The position numbers and the translations under genes were made by a program. The notes beneath the pieces were generated by a model that was given only the letters and a program-made list of their open reading frames with translations, was not told the DNA's origin and searched no databases. 64,000 nucleotides of DNA from Vulcanimicrobiota bacterium (GTDB lineage Bacteria > Vulcanimicrobiota > Vulcanimicrobiia > Vulcanimicrobiales > Vulcanimicrobiaceae), in contig CAWGWT010000004.1 in NCBI GenBank assembly GCA_963826325.1, forward strand, positions 6,031 to 70,030. The letters are read 5' to 3'. Positions 54,243-63,907 of the stretch are shown piece after piece; positions within the stretch are counted from its first letter, which is position 1; the number at the start of each line of letters is the position of its first letter.

Positions 54243-55436
54243 TTATAATTTGCCCGCATCCTGCAAGACCTCAAAAACCTGGTCCATGAGATTGCCGACC
54301 TTGCTTTCGTTTGAGTCGGGCTGGCTGTTGAGGCCGACGGTTGCGACGCTCCGCGTCTTGGGAAGGTAGAAGTACACGACACGGTAGCCGAGCGTCGTGC
54401 CTTGATAGTACCAAAACGTGCCGATGTTCGGTTTGGTGGCCCGTCCGACTCCGAGCCCGAAGCCGAGCGGATCCTCTTTGGACGTATTTGCGATCGGCTC
54501 ACCGGTCTTTATGGAAACGATGGTGGTGAGCTCTTTGCGCTGTTTCTCTGCGAGCAGCGGGCCTTCGTAGAGGTCACGCGACCAGCGGGTCACATCGTCC
54601 ATCTGCGAAACGATTCCGCCGGCCGCCTGCATCCACGAGACGCTGTCATTCTTCACGTCGTGCCCCAGCAGCGGTTTCAACACGGCATTGTCTGCGTCGT
54701 GGTTGTAGAAGTAGCCCGAGACCATGCGGTTCGTGATGGAAGTTGGATAGCGGTTCTGCTCGTAATAGGTGTTCTTTAGGCCGGTTTCATCGAATAACCC
54801 GCGCACGACCTCGCTGTAGCTCTGGCCGCTCGCTTTCTCGATGATCATCTGGGCTAGGATGTAGTTCGTATTCGAGTACGTCCAACCGCTCACGGGTTTG
54901 GGTTTCCCGCCACGAGGATAGACCGACGCGACCAACTCCTCCGGCGTAAAGTTGTGGTTGGGGCTCTGCGCCATCATTTTGCCGATCGAATCCTGATTGT
55001 CGTAGCCCGGGATCGGGCTAGTCATGTCGAGCAACTGGTGAATCGTGACCATCTTCCATACGGGGTATTGGGGAAGCCACTTTCCGAGATTGTCCGAGAT
55101 GGAGAGTTTTCCGGCAGCCTCGAGATGAAGGATTGCGACCGACGTGAAGGCTTTCGTGTTGCTACCGATCTCGAAGAGATCGGCCGGCGTCGCCTTCTGC
55201 CCTGCGTTGCGATACTTCGTCGTCCCGGCCGCCAAATTGATATTCGAACTCGCGTCTTTGAGGCTGATGCTCAACGAAATTGCCGAGATATGCTCGGGCT
55301 TCGAGCGCGTGAGCAAATAGCGATCGAGTACTTTTTGAAGCGCCGCCGTCAGTTTAGCGTCGTCAGAACTTGCCGCACACCCCGGCGCAGTCAATAGCAC
55401 AAGCGCAAAACCGGTCGCTACGATCCGCTCGAACAT
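54243..55436 (-). CDS. Serine hydrolase, beta-lactamase/DD-peptidase-related, secreted
   Basis: Signal peptide, and the S-x-x-K motif in FEIGSNTKAFTSV. Confidence 0.85.
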   Translation of the reverse strand: MFERIVATGFALVLLTAPGCAASSDDAKLTAALQKVLDRYLLTRSKPEHISAISLSISLKDASSNINLAAGTTKYRNAGQKATPADLFEIGSNTKAFTSVAILHLEAAGKLSISDNLGKWLPQYPVWKMVTIHQLLDMTSPIPGYDNQDSIGKMMAQSPNHNFTPEELVASVYPRGGKPKPVSGWTYSNTNYILAQMIIEKASGQSYSEVVRGLFDETGLKNTYYEQNRYPTSITNRMVSGYFYNHDADNAVLKPLLGHDVKNDSVSWMQAAGGIVSQMDDVTRWSRDLYEGPLLAEKQRKELTTIVSIKTGEPIANTSKEDPLGFGLGVGRATKPNIGTFWYYQGTTLGYRVVYFYLPKTRSVATVGLNSQPDSNESKVGNLMDQVFEVLQDAGKL

Positions 55437-55696
55437 GCCGTACTCCCTTTACGGTAAGGCGTGCTAAAAAGACAGGTTTGATGCATTGGCCTCTTTGTCT
55501 TGCAACCAGTTACGCGGGCCCAAGTTCATCTCCGTGCGAGAAGAACGCCTATCCGGTGGCTCCATACGGCGCGCCGGCGCGATCGTCAACCCGGGTATCG
55601 TGGATCGATTATTCAACCGTTCCGATGGATCCGCACGAGCCCGAATTGGGCCGCAGTACAAGACCAGTCGATCAAGACGCTGCTCAGAATTCTATC

Positions 55697-56533
55697 TCAC
55701 GGCGAAGGCCGAGATTGGATCACTTGTGCCGAGACGTGCGCGTTGCCGAAGAGCCGCGCCAAGCTATCGACGTCGTCGCGTGCCATGGCGTCGGCGGCTA
55801 CCTCGAGCTCCGCGGCAAGCCGCCGAAGTTGTGGCCCGATGTTCACGGCGTTTGCTTTCAGAGTGTCGCGCCACATCGCAAAGCTCATTCCGGAAATCCG
55901 CAGGAGCTCGCGCGCTACCGGGCCACAGACCCGCTTGGCGCTTTTGTCGGCCCGAAGCAAGCTCGCGTAACAGGAGGCGACGATCTGCGGCACGTGTGAT
56001 GTAAGTGCGACCGAGCGATCGTGCTCTTCGGCCGCCATTGCAACCGCCACGCCACCCATCGAGTCGATAAACGCCCGCGCGCGCGCGTCTAAGTTGTCAT
56101 CGCCGCTTGGCACGTACGCCCACGCGCAGCCCTCAAAAAGCTCGGCGCACGCAGCGGCAACACCACTGAGTTCGGTACCCGCCATCGGATGCGTCGCGAC
56201 GAAATTTTGCAATCCCTCTGCAGCGCTCACCACGGGAACTTTGACAGAGGCTACGTCCACAATCAGGCCCGGCAACGGCGTCGATGCGCGTGCCAAGCGC
56301 TCTAACTCGAGCAGCGTCGGCTCGAGATGCGCGGCAATAACGTATTCATCGGCGATGCGTATGAGTTCCTCGGTCTTCGCGATAGCATCGATCGCGCCGA
56401 GCTTGAGCGCATTTTGCAAGGCCGCCGAATCGCTATCAGCGCCGACGACGTAAGCGCCGTTACGGCGCGCGCGAAGCCCAATCGAGCCTCCGATCGCTCC
56501 GACGCCGAGAATCCCGAATGTGTTCTTGCTCAA
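55697..56533 (-). CDS. tyrA: Prephenate/arogenate dehydrogenase
   Basis: TTG 56533 overlaps the aroH stop (TTGA) and gives (M)SKNTFGILGVGAIGGSIG.... The family motif ...ATHPMAGTE... is present. Confidence 0.85.
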   Translation of the reverse strand: MSKNTFGILGVGAIGGSIGLRARRNGAYVVGADSDSAALQNALKLGAIDAIAKTEELIRIADEYVIAAHLEPTLLELERLARASTPLPGLIVDVASVKVPVVSAAEGLQNFVATHPMAGTELSGVAAACAELFEGCAWAYVPSGDDNLDARARAFIDSMGGVAVAMAAEEHDRSVALTSHVPQIVASCYASLLRADKSAKRVCGPVARELLRISGMSFAMWRDTLKANAVNIGPQLRRLAAELEVAADAMARDDVDSLARLFGNAHVSAQVIQSRPSP

Positions 56534-56901
56534 GACGTCGCTCGCATCAAGTCGGGGCGCAAGACCGTTGCGCCGTCGAGGTACACGTGCTCGATCTCCG
56601 CCGGTCGCCGAGTGGAGTTCACATGCATCAGCACGCGAATGCATCGCCCCAACGCGCCAGGGACGTCGATCTCGCACGCATGAAGCATTGGCACCCAGAC
56701 CCAACCCATTTCGCGCGCGGCAAGCGCGGGAAAACCGGCGCGAAGGTCGGGCGTAACGGTAAAGAGCACCGATGCTATGTCGTCGAGCTCGATCTGGTTG
56801 CGCCGCGTCATCTCGGCCAAGAGCCGTTTTGTGGCGCGCGCGATCGAGGCGTCATCGTCGCCGTCGGCAGTGATCGCACCGCGAATTCCGCGAAAGAACA
56901 T
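56530..56901 (-). CDS. aroH: Chorismate mutase, AroH class
   Basis: ATG 56901 gives MFFRGIRGAITAD... (compare B. subtilis MMIRGIRGATT). The protein ends ...HVYLDGATVLRPDL. Confidence 0.85.
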   Translation of the reverse strand: MFFRGIRGAITADGDDDASIARATKRLLAEMTRRNQIELDDIASVLFTVTPDLRAGFPALAAREMGWVWVPMLHACEIDVPGALGRCIRVLMHVNSTRRPAEIEHVYLDGATVLRPDLMRATS

Positions 56902-56987
56902 CGCCTTCGAACCAACCACAGCCCTCGGTCGTTGTCAAGACCTCTCTTGCAGCGAGGCGCCCTTCGAATGGCGAAAGCTCCGAGTGC

Positions 56988-58373
56988 ATGCTGCGAGAGA
57001 GGCTCGTCGACGCGCTTGGGAGCGACTCGGTAAAAACCTCGCCTGAAGACCTCGGTGTCTATTCCTTCGACGCGTACACCGACGGCGGAATGCCGTCGGC
57101 GGTCGTCCTGCCGAGCTCGACTCGCGACGTCAGCGCGGTCGTGAAAATCGCTCGCGATTGCGGCGAGCCAATCGTCGCGCGGGGCGCGGGCACGGGACTC
57201 TGCGGCGGTGCCGTGCCGCTGGCAGGCGGCGTGATTCTCTCTTTTGCGCGAATGAATCGACTGCTCGAGTTCGACGAGCGCGGCCGCCGGGCACGCGTGC
57301 AGCCTGGACTGATAAATCTCGATCTTTCTCGCCACGTCGCATCGAGCGGGCTCTTCTATGCGCCCGACCCGTCTTCGCAGCAAATTTCGACGATTGGCGG
57401 AAACATCGCGACGAATGCCGGCGGCGCGCACTGTCTTTCGTATGGTACGACCGTCAATCACGTGCTTGGGCTTGAAGTCGTCGACGCTCGCGGAGAAGTC
57501 TTTCAAACGAACATCGACGATGTGGGATACGATCTTACGGCAGCCTTGGTCGGCAGCGAAGGGACGCTCGGCATCGTGACCTCGGCGTGGCTGCGCCTTC
57601 TGGCACTTCCCGAATCGGTTCGCGTCTCGCTCGCCGCGTTCGACGACGTGGATTCGGCATCGGCAGCCGTCTCGGCCATCATCGCCGCCGGAATACTGCC
57701 GACGGCGCTGGAGATGATGGATGCCGTCATCACTCACGCGGTCGAAGCGGCCTTCCATGCCGGCTATCCCACTGAGGCCGCCGCCGTTCTGCTGGTTGAG
57801 AATGCCGGCTTCGAAGTGGATGTCGAAGCATCTGAAGCGGCTATTCACTCGATTATGATGCAGCACGGGGCACGTTCGTGGCGAAACGCCCACAATAAGG
57901 CCGAGCGCGACGCGCTTTGGGCGGGGCGCAAGAGCGCTGCCGGCGCGACCGGGCGCATTGCGCCGAACTACTATACGCAAGACGTCTGCGTGCCGCGCAG
58001 CAAACTTCCCCAGGCACTACGCGCGGTAGAAGCCGCCGCACGCGCAAATGGGATTACGGTGGGAAACGTCTTCCACGCCGGCGACGGCAATCTCCATCCG
58101 TTGTTGATGTACGACAAGCGTGATCGCAAGCAGGTCGCTGCAGTCGTCGAGACCGGCAATGAGATCTTACAATCCGCGATCGACCTCGGCGGCACCATCA
58201 GCGGGGAACACGGGATTGGATGGGAGAAGCGCGAGGCCATGACACGCGTCTACTCGACCGCCGACCTTGCGGCGATGGGGCGAGTGCGCGACGTCTTCGA
58301 CCCTGGACGGGTGCTCAATCCGGAAAAGATTTTTCCAAGCGGTACGCGCTGCCCTGAGGTTATCCCGCCGTGA
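56988..58373 (+). CDS. glcD: FAD-linked oxidase, glycolate oxidase subunit GlcD-like
   Basis: FAD_binding_4 domain (...VVLPSSTRDVSAVVKIA...VARGAGTGLCGGAVP...) and C-terminal ...GTISGEHGIG.... Confidence 0.85.
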   Translation: MLRERLVDALGSDSVKTSPEDLGVYSFDAYTDGGMPSAVVLPSSTRDVSAVVKIARDCGEPIVARGAGTGLCGGAVPLAGGVILSFARMNRLLEFDERGRRARVQPGLINLDLSRHVASSGLFYAPDPSSQQISTIGGNIATNAGGAHCLSYGTTVNHVLGLEVVDARGEVFQTNIDDVGYDLTAALVGSEGTLGIVTSAWLRLLALPESVRVSLAAFDDVDSASAAVSAIIAAGILPTALEMMDAVITHAVEAAFHAGYPTEAAAVLLVENAGFEVDVEASEAAIHSIMMQHGARSWRNAHNKAERDALWAGRKSAAGATGRIAPNYYTQDVCVPRSKLPQALRAVEAAARANGITVGNVFHAGDGNLHPLLMYDKRDRKQVAAVVETGNEILQSAIDLGGTISGEHGIGWEKREAMTRVYSTADLAAMGRVRDVFDPGRVLNPEKIFPSGTRCPEVIPP

Positions 58374-59593
58374 GGGCGACCCAAGAGCGCTCCACGCCGA
58401 AGACCACCAAAGGCGTAAGCAAAATAGTCGCGCAGTGCGATCGTACCGGCGAAAAGATTCGGATCGTAGGCGGAGCAACGCTGGCCGGAATGGGCTTCCC
58501 GCCCGAACGCCTTGACGTTACGCTTGCCATGACGGCCCTGACGGGCGTCGTGGCAAATGAGCGCGCCGATCTCGTGCTCGCGGCACAAGCCGGGGCGCCG
58601 ATTCAGGGCATCACCGCACTTTTGGCCGGCCAAGGACAGTTCGTCCCCTTCGACGCTCCACTACCGCAGTACGCAACGCTCGGCGGCACGCTCGCCGCCG
58701 GCTGGCTGGGGCCCCGGCGGCACCTTTACGGCCGCATTCGCGATTATCTGCTCGGCTCGACGATCGTTCTACCCGACGGAACGATCGCGCGCGCCGGCGG
58801 CATGGTCGTCAAGAACGTAGCCGGTTACGACATGAGCCGGCTCTACGTCGGATCGTTCGGCACTCTAGGCGTTTTAACGCGAGCAAACCTCAAGAGCATT
58901 CCGTTGCCGCCGTACGCTCGTCTCTTCCTCGCCTCGCTGCCGGAGCATACGCGCGAGCGCGCGTGCGCGCAGCTCGCCGGTTTGCGCATTCGGCCGGCAG
59001 CGGCTTTTTGCATCGACGGGTTTCACCACGCCATCGACGGCGACGAAGGGCTCGAGGGACGGATTCTGGCGTTGTTGGAAGGCAGCGAAGCGCTGCTAGA
59101 GCGCGCTACGCTCGAGCTGCGTTCGGCATTGGGCCGGGCGGGAGTGCCCGAGACCCGAATTGTGGAAGCCGGCGCGCGTGAGGCGTTCCAGCGCGTTGTA
59201 GATGCATACATCGCATGCTTGGGTGAGCGCTCGGTGACATATCGCCTTAATTCCGTCGCGCAGGAGCCGGATCGCTGCGCGTTGAGCTTGCAAGACCTCG
59301 CGCGGCGCTTTGAGCTGTGCAGCGAGGCGATCGCCGACGTGATGAACGGCGACGTCGTGCTGCGCGTAAGCGATTTCGATTCCCATGCCTTTGGCGCCAA
59401 AATCGAATTCTTCGACGAAGCTTTGCACGAACTCCAGCCTCGCGCGCAAGTCGTCGCGAGCGAACATCCCCATCGCCCTTACCTGCGCGTATGGGGTGCG
59501 CCGCCCGCTGCGGTCGACCGGATGCGAGCGCTCAAGCAGCGCTTCGATCCAAACCGCACGTTGAACCCCGGCTGCTTTGTGGACGGAATTTAG
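58370..59593 (+). CDS. glcE: FAD-binding protein, glycolate oxidase subunit GlcE-like
   Basis: The start overlaps the glcD stop by 4 nt. Family motifs include ...VKNVAGYDMSRLYVGSFGTLGV.... Confidence 0.7.
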   Translation: MRATQERSTPKTTKGVSKIVAQCDRTGEKIRIVGGATLAGMGFPPERLDVTLAMTALTGVVANERADLVLAAQAGAPIQGITALLAGQGQFVPFDAPLPQYATLGGTLAAGWLGPRRHLYGRIRDYLLGSTIVLPDGTIARAGGMVVKNVAGYDMSRLYVGSFGTLGVLTRANLKSIPLPPYARLFLASLPEHTRERACAQLAGLRIRPAAAFCIDGFHHAIDGDEGLEGRILALLEGSEALLERATLELRSALGRAGVPETRIVEAGAREAFQRVVDAYIACLGERSVTYRLNSVAQEPDRCALSLQDLARRFELCSEAIADVMNGDVVLRVSDFDSHAFGAKIEFFDEALHELQPRAQVVASEHPHRPYLRVWGAPPAAVDRMRALKQRFDPNRTLNPGCFVDGI

Positions 59594-59696
59594 CGGTTCA
59601 TGTGCCGGCTCGCGTGCGTCAAGCTTTGCGCTGGTAGCGCCGGCGCTCTACGCCGGGCGGTAACCCTTCTCGCACGGGAAGCCCGAGATAGAGGGG

Positions 59697-59951
59697 ATGG
59701 ATCTAGCGATGAATGATGCTAAGAGGCTCGCTTCAGTGCTCAACGCGCTGGTAAATTCGCCGCAGTTCTCAAATAGCAAAGCCCGCGGCGCTGCGCGTCA
59801 GGAACCTGCCGTGAACTGGCCGGCGACCAAACTGCACAACGCCGACTTTAACCCCGAAGTCGACGGCTTTGAGTCGTTCGTCATGAACGATGGAAGCACG
59901 TGCATGTGGATGTCCGGGCAGTTCCGCTACGTCGCGCAGGCGCGGCGATAG
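59697..59951 (+). CDS. Hypothetical small protein (84 aa)
   Basis: ATG preceded by AGAGGGG. Coding bias is moderate. Confidence 0.45.
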   Translation: MDLAMNDAKRLASVLNALVNSPQFSNSKARGAARQEPAVNWPATKLHNADFNPEVDGFESFVMNDGSTCMWMSGQFRYVAQARR

Positions 59952-59974
59952 CTAAGCACGGAACCTAGCCGAAC

Positions 59975-60814
59975 GTGAAAATTCTTATGCTCGGAGCTTC
60001 GGGCTTTGTCGGCAGACATCTCGCCGCCGCACTTCGCGCGCGCGGCGACGAGGTCGAAACTGCATCGCTACGCGATCCTTCCGCCGCGGCAGACGTAGCA
60101 GTGGCGTGCGACGCGATCGTAAATCTCGCCGGCGAGCCGTTAGGACAGCGTTGGAATGCAGAAGTCAAGCGCCGCGTCGAAGAGAGCCGCGTCGACGCAC
60201 CGCGCCGCTTCCTGGAGGCGCTGGCAGAGCGCTCGCCCCGAAGCAAAACGTACGTCAGCGCATCGGCGATCGGCTATTACGGCACCAGCGAAACCGAGAT
60301 TTTCGTCGAGGAGAGTCCGCCCGGAAACGACTTCCTCGCTCGCGTTTGCTTAGAATGGGAGCGAGAGGCGGGGCGTGCCTCCGAGCTTGGCATGCGTGTC
60401 GCGCTCGTGCGCTCCGGTATTGCGCTTGGAACCGACGGAGGCGCGCTTGAAAAAATTCTGCCGCCGTTCCGCGTCGGTGCCGGCGGTATCATTGGAAGCG
60501 GACGGCAGTGGATTTCCTGGATCCACATCGCCGATTTGGTTGGGATCTACGAGATCGCTCTCGATAGCGTCGAAGGACCGCTCAATGCCTGCGCGCCGAA
60601 TCCCGTGACCAACGCGACATTTACAAAGGAAATCGCGGCGTCGCTCAAGCGACCGGCTCGACTTGCGGTGCCGACGTTCGCACTACGCGCGATGCTCGGC
60701 GAAGGCGCCGAGATGCTCTTGCGCGGTCAGCGCGTGCTACCCCAGCGCACGCAGCGGCTCGGCTATCGATTCGAGTTTGCCGAGCTCACAGACGCGCTAG
60801 CGAATCTACTTTAA
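59975..60814 (+). CDS. TIGR01777-type NAD-dependent epimerase-family protein (with DUF1731 C-terminus)
   Basis: MKILMLGASGFVGRHL... and ...GSGRQWISWIHIAD.... Confidence 0.85.
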   Translation: MKILMLGASGFVGRHLAAALRARGDEVETASLRDPSAAADVAVACDAIVNLAGEPLGQRWNAEVKRRVEESRVDAPRRFLEALAERSPRSKTYVSASAIGYYGTSETEIFVEESPPGNDFLARVCLEWEREAGRASELGMRVALVRSGIALGTDGGALEKILPPFRVGAGGIIGSGRQWISWIHIADLVGIYEIALDSVEGPLNACAPNPVTNATFTKEIAASLKRPARLAVPTFALRAMLGEGAEMLLRGQRVLPQRTQRLGYRFEFAELTDALANLL

Positions 60815-61757
60815 ACTCTTTGGCCTCGAGATATTTCTCGACGTCCATCGCCGCGCGGCATCCGGCGCCGGCCGCCGTGACGGCTTGCCGGTACCGATGG
60901 TCGTTGACATCGCCTGCGACGAACACGCCCTCCACATTCGTCAAGCTTCCGTCGGGCGAGACAACGTAACCGAGCTCGTCGAGATCGAGTTGCCCCGCGA
61001 AAACGCCGGTATTGGGGATATGCCCGATCGCGACGAAGAGAGCGGCAGTTTCCAAATCGCTGCTACTGCCGTCGAGCACGTTACGGAGCCGCAGGCCCGT
61101 CACGTGCGTTTCGCCGTGGACCTCTTCGACTACCGAGTTCCAAATAAAATCAATCTTCGGATGGGCCCGCGCGCGGTCGGACATGATCTTGCTCGCACGC
61201 AGCCGATCGCGCCGGTGCACGATCGTCACGCGGCTGCCGAACCGCGTGAGAAAGAGCGCCTCTTCCAGCGCGGAATCACCGCCGCCGATGACGACAATTC
61301 GCTTGTCGGTAAAAAAGGCGCCGTCGCAGGTCGCACAGCTCGAGACACCGCGTCCCCGCAACCGTTCTTCGCCCGGGATGTCGAGCCAACGCGCGCTCGC
61401 GCCGGTTGCCACGATCACCGTTGAGGCTTCGTGCTGCGCGTCGTCCGTCCGTACAACGAGCGGGCGCTTCGAGAAGTCGACTGAACTTACATCGACGTTT
61501 TCGATGCGCGCGCCGAAGCGCTCGGCCTGCTCGCGAAAGCGAATCATCAACTCGGGACCGAGTATGCCTTCCGGAAATCCCGGATAGTTTTCCACATCGG
61601 TCGTGAGCATAAGCTGGCCGCCGTAGAGGCCGCCGGCTAGCACGAGCGGCCGCAGGTTCCCGCGAGCTGCATAGACCGCTGCGGTGAGACCGGCAGGCCC
61701 CGATCCGATAATGACGACATGTTCCACTTCGGCTCTCTTCGACTCCGCCCGTCTCAT
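60786..61757 (-). CDS. trxB: Thioredoxin-disulfide reductase
   Basis: ATG 61757 gives ...VEHVVIIGSGPAGLTAAVYAAR.... The redox-active site is CATCDG, and ...VIGGGDSALEEA... is present. Confidence 0.9.
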   Translation of the reverse strand: MRRAESKRAEVEHVVIIGSGPAGLTAAVYAARGNLRPLVLAGGLYGGQLMLTTDVENYPGFPEGILGPELMIRFREQAERFGARIENVDVSSVDFSKRPLVVRTDDAQHEASTVIVATGASARWLDIPGEERLRGRGVSSCATCDGAFFTDKRIVVIGGGDSALEEALFLTRFGSRVTIVHRRDRLRASKIMSDRARAHPKIDFIWNSVVEEVHGETHVTGLRLRNVLDGSSSDLETAALFVAIGHIPNTGVFAGQLDLDELGYVVSPDGSLTNVEGVFVAGDVNDHRYRQAVTAAGAGCRAAMDVEKYLEAKEFKVDSLARL

Positions 61758-61799
61758 CCCGGCTGCAGTCACTTGGGAAGGTGCGTCGAAGTCAGCCAC

Positions 61800-62645
61800 A
61801 TGCCGAAATTGCAATTGCCCCTGGAGGACACGTTCGGCGATATCGTGCGCAAGGCGATGCACGGCGCAGGCATCGACACCACGCAACTAGCCAGCGCAAG
61901 CGGCGTTGCGGCGCCGTCAATTGCCAAATGGATAAAGGACGAAGGTTCGGCAAACGACGACCAAGCCCGCGCCCTCGCTTCGGTTTTGCACCTCGACGGC
62001 GCGAAACTCGCCGACAGCGCCGCCCACCGGTGGGAGCCTCCCGTTGTAGAGCGTTCCGACGTGCGCCGCCACCCTCAGGACCCGCATCCCAGCAACGGTT
62101 ACGTCTTCTTTCTTGAGAAGGGACGACGCGCCGCGCTCGTCGATCCGGCCGGCATCCCGCAGAACCTGCTGCGCATCGTGCGCGACGGCGATTACCATCT
62201 GCAGTACATCCTCATCACTCACAAGCACGCCGATCACTGCGACGCGACCGCCGACGTTGCGAAGGCTTTTCCTGACGCAAAGATCGTAATGCACGCGCTC
62301 GACGTGCACGCCATCGGATCGCTCGCGAGCAGCGCCCTACCGGTGCGCGACGGCGAAACGCTGCCATTCGGCGACGGTTCGACGATTCGCATGCTGCACA
62401 CGCCCGGCCACACCGACGGGTCGTCGTGCTTTCTCTTCCAAGACGCGCTCTTTTCGGGCGATACTCTCTTTGCCGCAAGCGTCGGCGGCGCGTACGGCGA
62501 CGCAAGCACCTACGGCGACATCCTTAACAGCGTTCGCAGCAAGCTCTTCACCCTGCCGGACGATACGGTAGTCATGCCCGGCCACGGGCCTCCGACGGTC
62601 GTCAAGCTGGAAAAAGAGCACAATCCCTTTTTCCCCGCGCGCTAA
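61800..62645 (+). CDS. Fusion protein: XRE-type HTH domain plus MBL-fold metallo-hydrolase
   Basis: ATG 61800 gives MPKLQLPLEDTFGDIVRKAMHGAGIDTTQLASASGVAAPSIAKWIKDEG (HTH). The MBL motifs HKHADH, HTPGHTDGS and MPGHGP follow. Confidence 0.8.
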   Translation: MPKLQLPLEDTFGDIVRKAMHGAGIDTTQLASASGVAAPSIAKWIKDEGSANDDQARALASVLHLDGAKLADSAAHRWEPPVVERSDVRRHPQDPHPSNGYVFFLEKGRRAALVDPAGIPQNLLRIVRDGDYHLQYILITHKHADHCDATADVAKAFPDAKIVMHALDVHAIGSLASSALPVRDGETLPFGDGSTIRMLHTPGHTDGSSCFLFQDALFSGDTLFAASVGGAYGDASTYGDILNSVRSKLFTLPDDTVVMPGHGPPTVVKLEKEHNPFFPAR

Positions 62646-62726
62646 TCCCTTGGCGGCGTAATAATCCTGCCGGCGCTTGCGGGTTTGCTCCCGTCGCTGT
62701 GCCCGCCGATGATGTGAATCGATGCC

Positions 62727-62758
62727 GTCGCGAGGGCGCGACAATGCGCCCTCGCGAC
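62727..62758. terminator. Perfect 13-bp GC-rich hairpin between convergent genes; probable bidirectional terminator without a U-tract
   Basis: GTCGCGAGGGCGC (62727-62739) pairs with GCGCCCTCGCGAC (62746-62758) around a 6-nt loop. Confidence 0.5.
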
Positions 62759-62770
62759 CGGCCAACGTTG

Positions 62771-63907
62771 CTATCTTTCTAAGACGCGCAGATTGTTGTG
62801 ATTGTCGTCGTTGAAGTACAGCTTCGTGTCTGCGTTGCTCGTGCCCGTGGCGACCATTCCGAAGATCGAGCCGGCGGCACCTCGATCGACGTTGCGAACG
62901 TCGAGAATCTTGCCGTATGGCGTCATTTCGACCATGATGTTCCGACCGTTACGATTACCGGTGTTGCCGATCACGAGATGTCCATTGGGCAACAGCGCCG
63001 AGCTGATCGGACCATTAAGCGGAGTACCCGCGAAGACCAAACGCGCCCGGACTGCCGACGGACCGGTGAACGTTTTCCCTCCGGGCTCGACGGTGATTCC
63101 GCCGGCCGGAATGCTAGTCACGTTGCGAAAGGCGACCACAGTATTGTTCGTGCCGTCGACAATGTAGAGCGTGTCGACGCGCGGGGAGTATGCTAATCCC
63201 GACGGCCCAAAGATGCTGCCAGGCTGCCCGTGGTTGACCGCAAACCCGCTGGCGATCACATCGTAGGTGAACGTCGATCCGAGATTGATCCTCACGACCG
63301 TTCCATCACCGGCGTTGCTTTCGTAGAACGCTGGACTTCCCGACGTGGGCTGCGCAAAGACTTGACCGAATGGACGATCGAACGGCGCGCCTTTGATGTT
63401 CGCCTCCAGCACGCCGCTGGACGAAAGAACTGGATTGCCGTTCGCAGAGAAGGCTGCCGCCCAAATGTCGTCAGCCGGCCCGAGCGCGAGTGCATCGCAG
63501 CCGCGCAGCGTCCTGCTCGCGGAAACCAGGCGCGGCTTCGAACCAGGAGTCGGATGCAGCGCCACGATCGTAAAGCCGGTACCCTGGACGTTGCTCTTCG
63601 CATTGAAGTTGCAGACCGCTAGGTCGCCTTTAACGAAGTCGCCCGCCGTTGACGGTGCAACGGTTAGGCCATAGGGGTTAAGCTGACCGAACTTCGGATC
63701 GACCGTCGACCCGATGACGACTTCCTTCGTGAGAAGCTTCAGTATGGAAACGCTGTCAGGCCGCGCCATTTGGGCCGGCTCGGAACCAGGCCCGGCAGCT
63801 TGCATGGGAAGCATGCCGCTCGAGCCGTGAGCGCAGCCCCCGACAGCCAATACGGCAATCGCCACAAGACCAATCTGCGCCTGCATCCGCACGCGTAATT
63901 TCGACAT
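62771..63907 (-). CDS. Lipoprotein with beta-propeller (NHL-like) repeats
   Basis: GGAGG ribosome-binding site 4 nt upstream of ATG 63907, lipobox LAVGGC, and repeated ...G.L..P.G.A....G.LYV.D..N... style segments. Confidence 0.7.
   Translation of the reverse strand: MSKLRVRMQAQIGLVAIAVLAVGGCAHGSSGMLPMQAAGPGSEPAQMARPDSVSILKLLTKEVVIGSTVDPKFGQLNPYGLTVAPSTAGDFVKGDLAVCNFNAKSNVQGTGFTIVALHPTPGSKPRLVSASRTLRGCDALALGPADDIWAAAFSANGNPVLSSSGVLEANIKGAPFDRPFGQVFAQPTSGSPAFYESNAGDGTVVRINLGSTFTYDVIASGFAVNHGQPGSIFGPSGLAYSPRVDTLYIVDGTNNTVVAFRNVTSIPAGGITVEPGGKTFTGPSAVRARLVFAGTPLNGPISSALLPNGHLVIGNTGNRNGRNIMVEMTPYGKILDVRNVDRGAAGSIFGMVATGTSNADTKLYFNDDNHNNLRVLER

Noticed and set aside
55437-55696. 260-bp lower-GC intergenic region as a small RNA or small-protein locus (ORF 55464-55661)
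   Set aside because: I found only weak AT-rich hairpins (AAGACA/TGTCTT near 55471-55500). The ORF has poor coding bias. This is most simply the 3' UTR of tyrA plus the promoter of the serine hydrolase gene.
56808-57980. 390-aa minus-strand ORF
   Set aside because: It is antisense to glcD. The product is Arg-rich, with no motifs.
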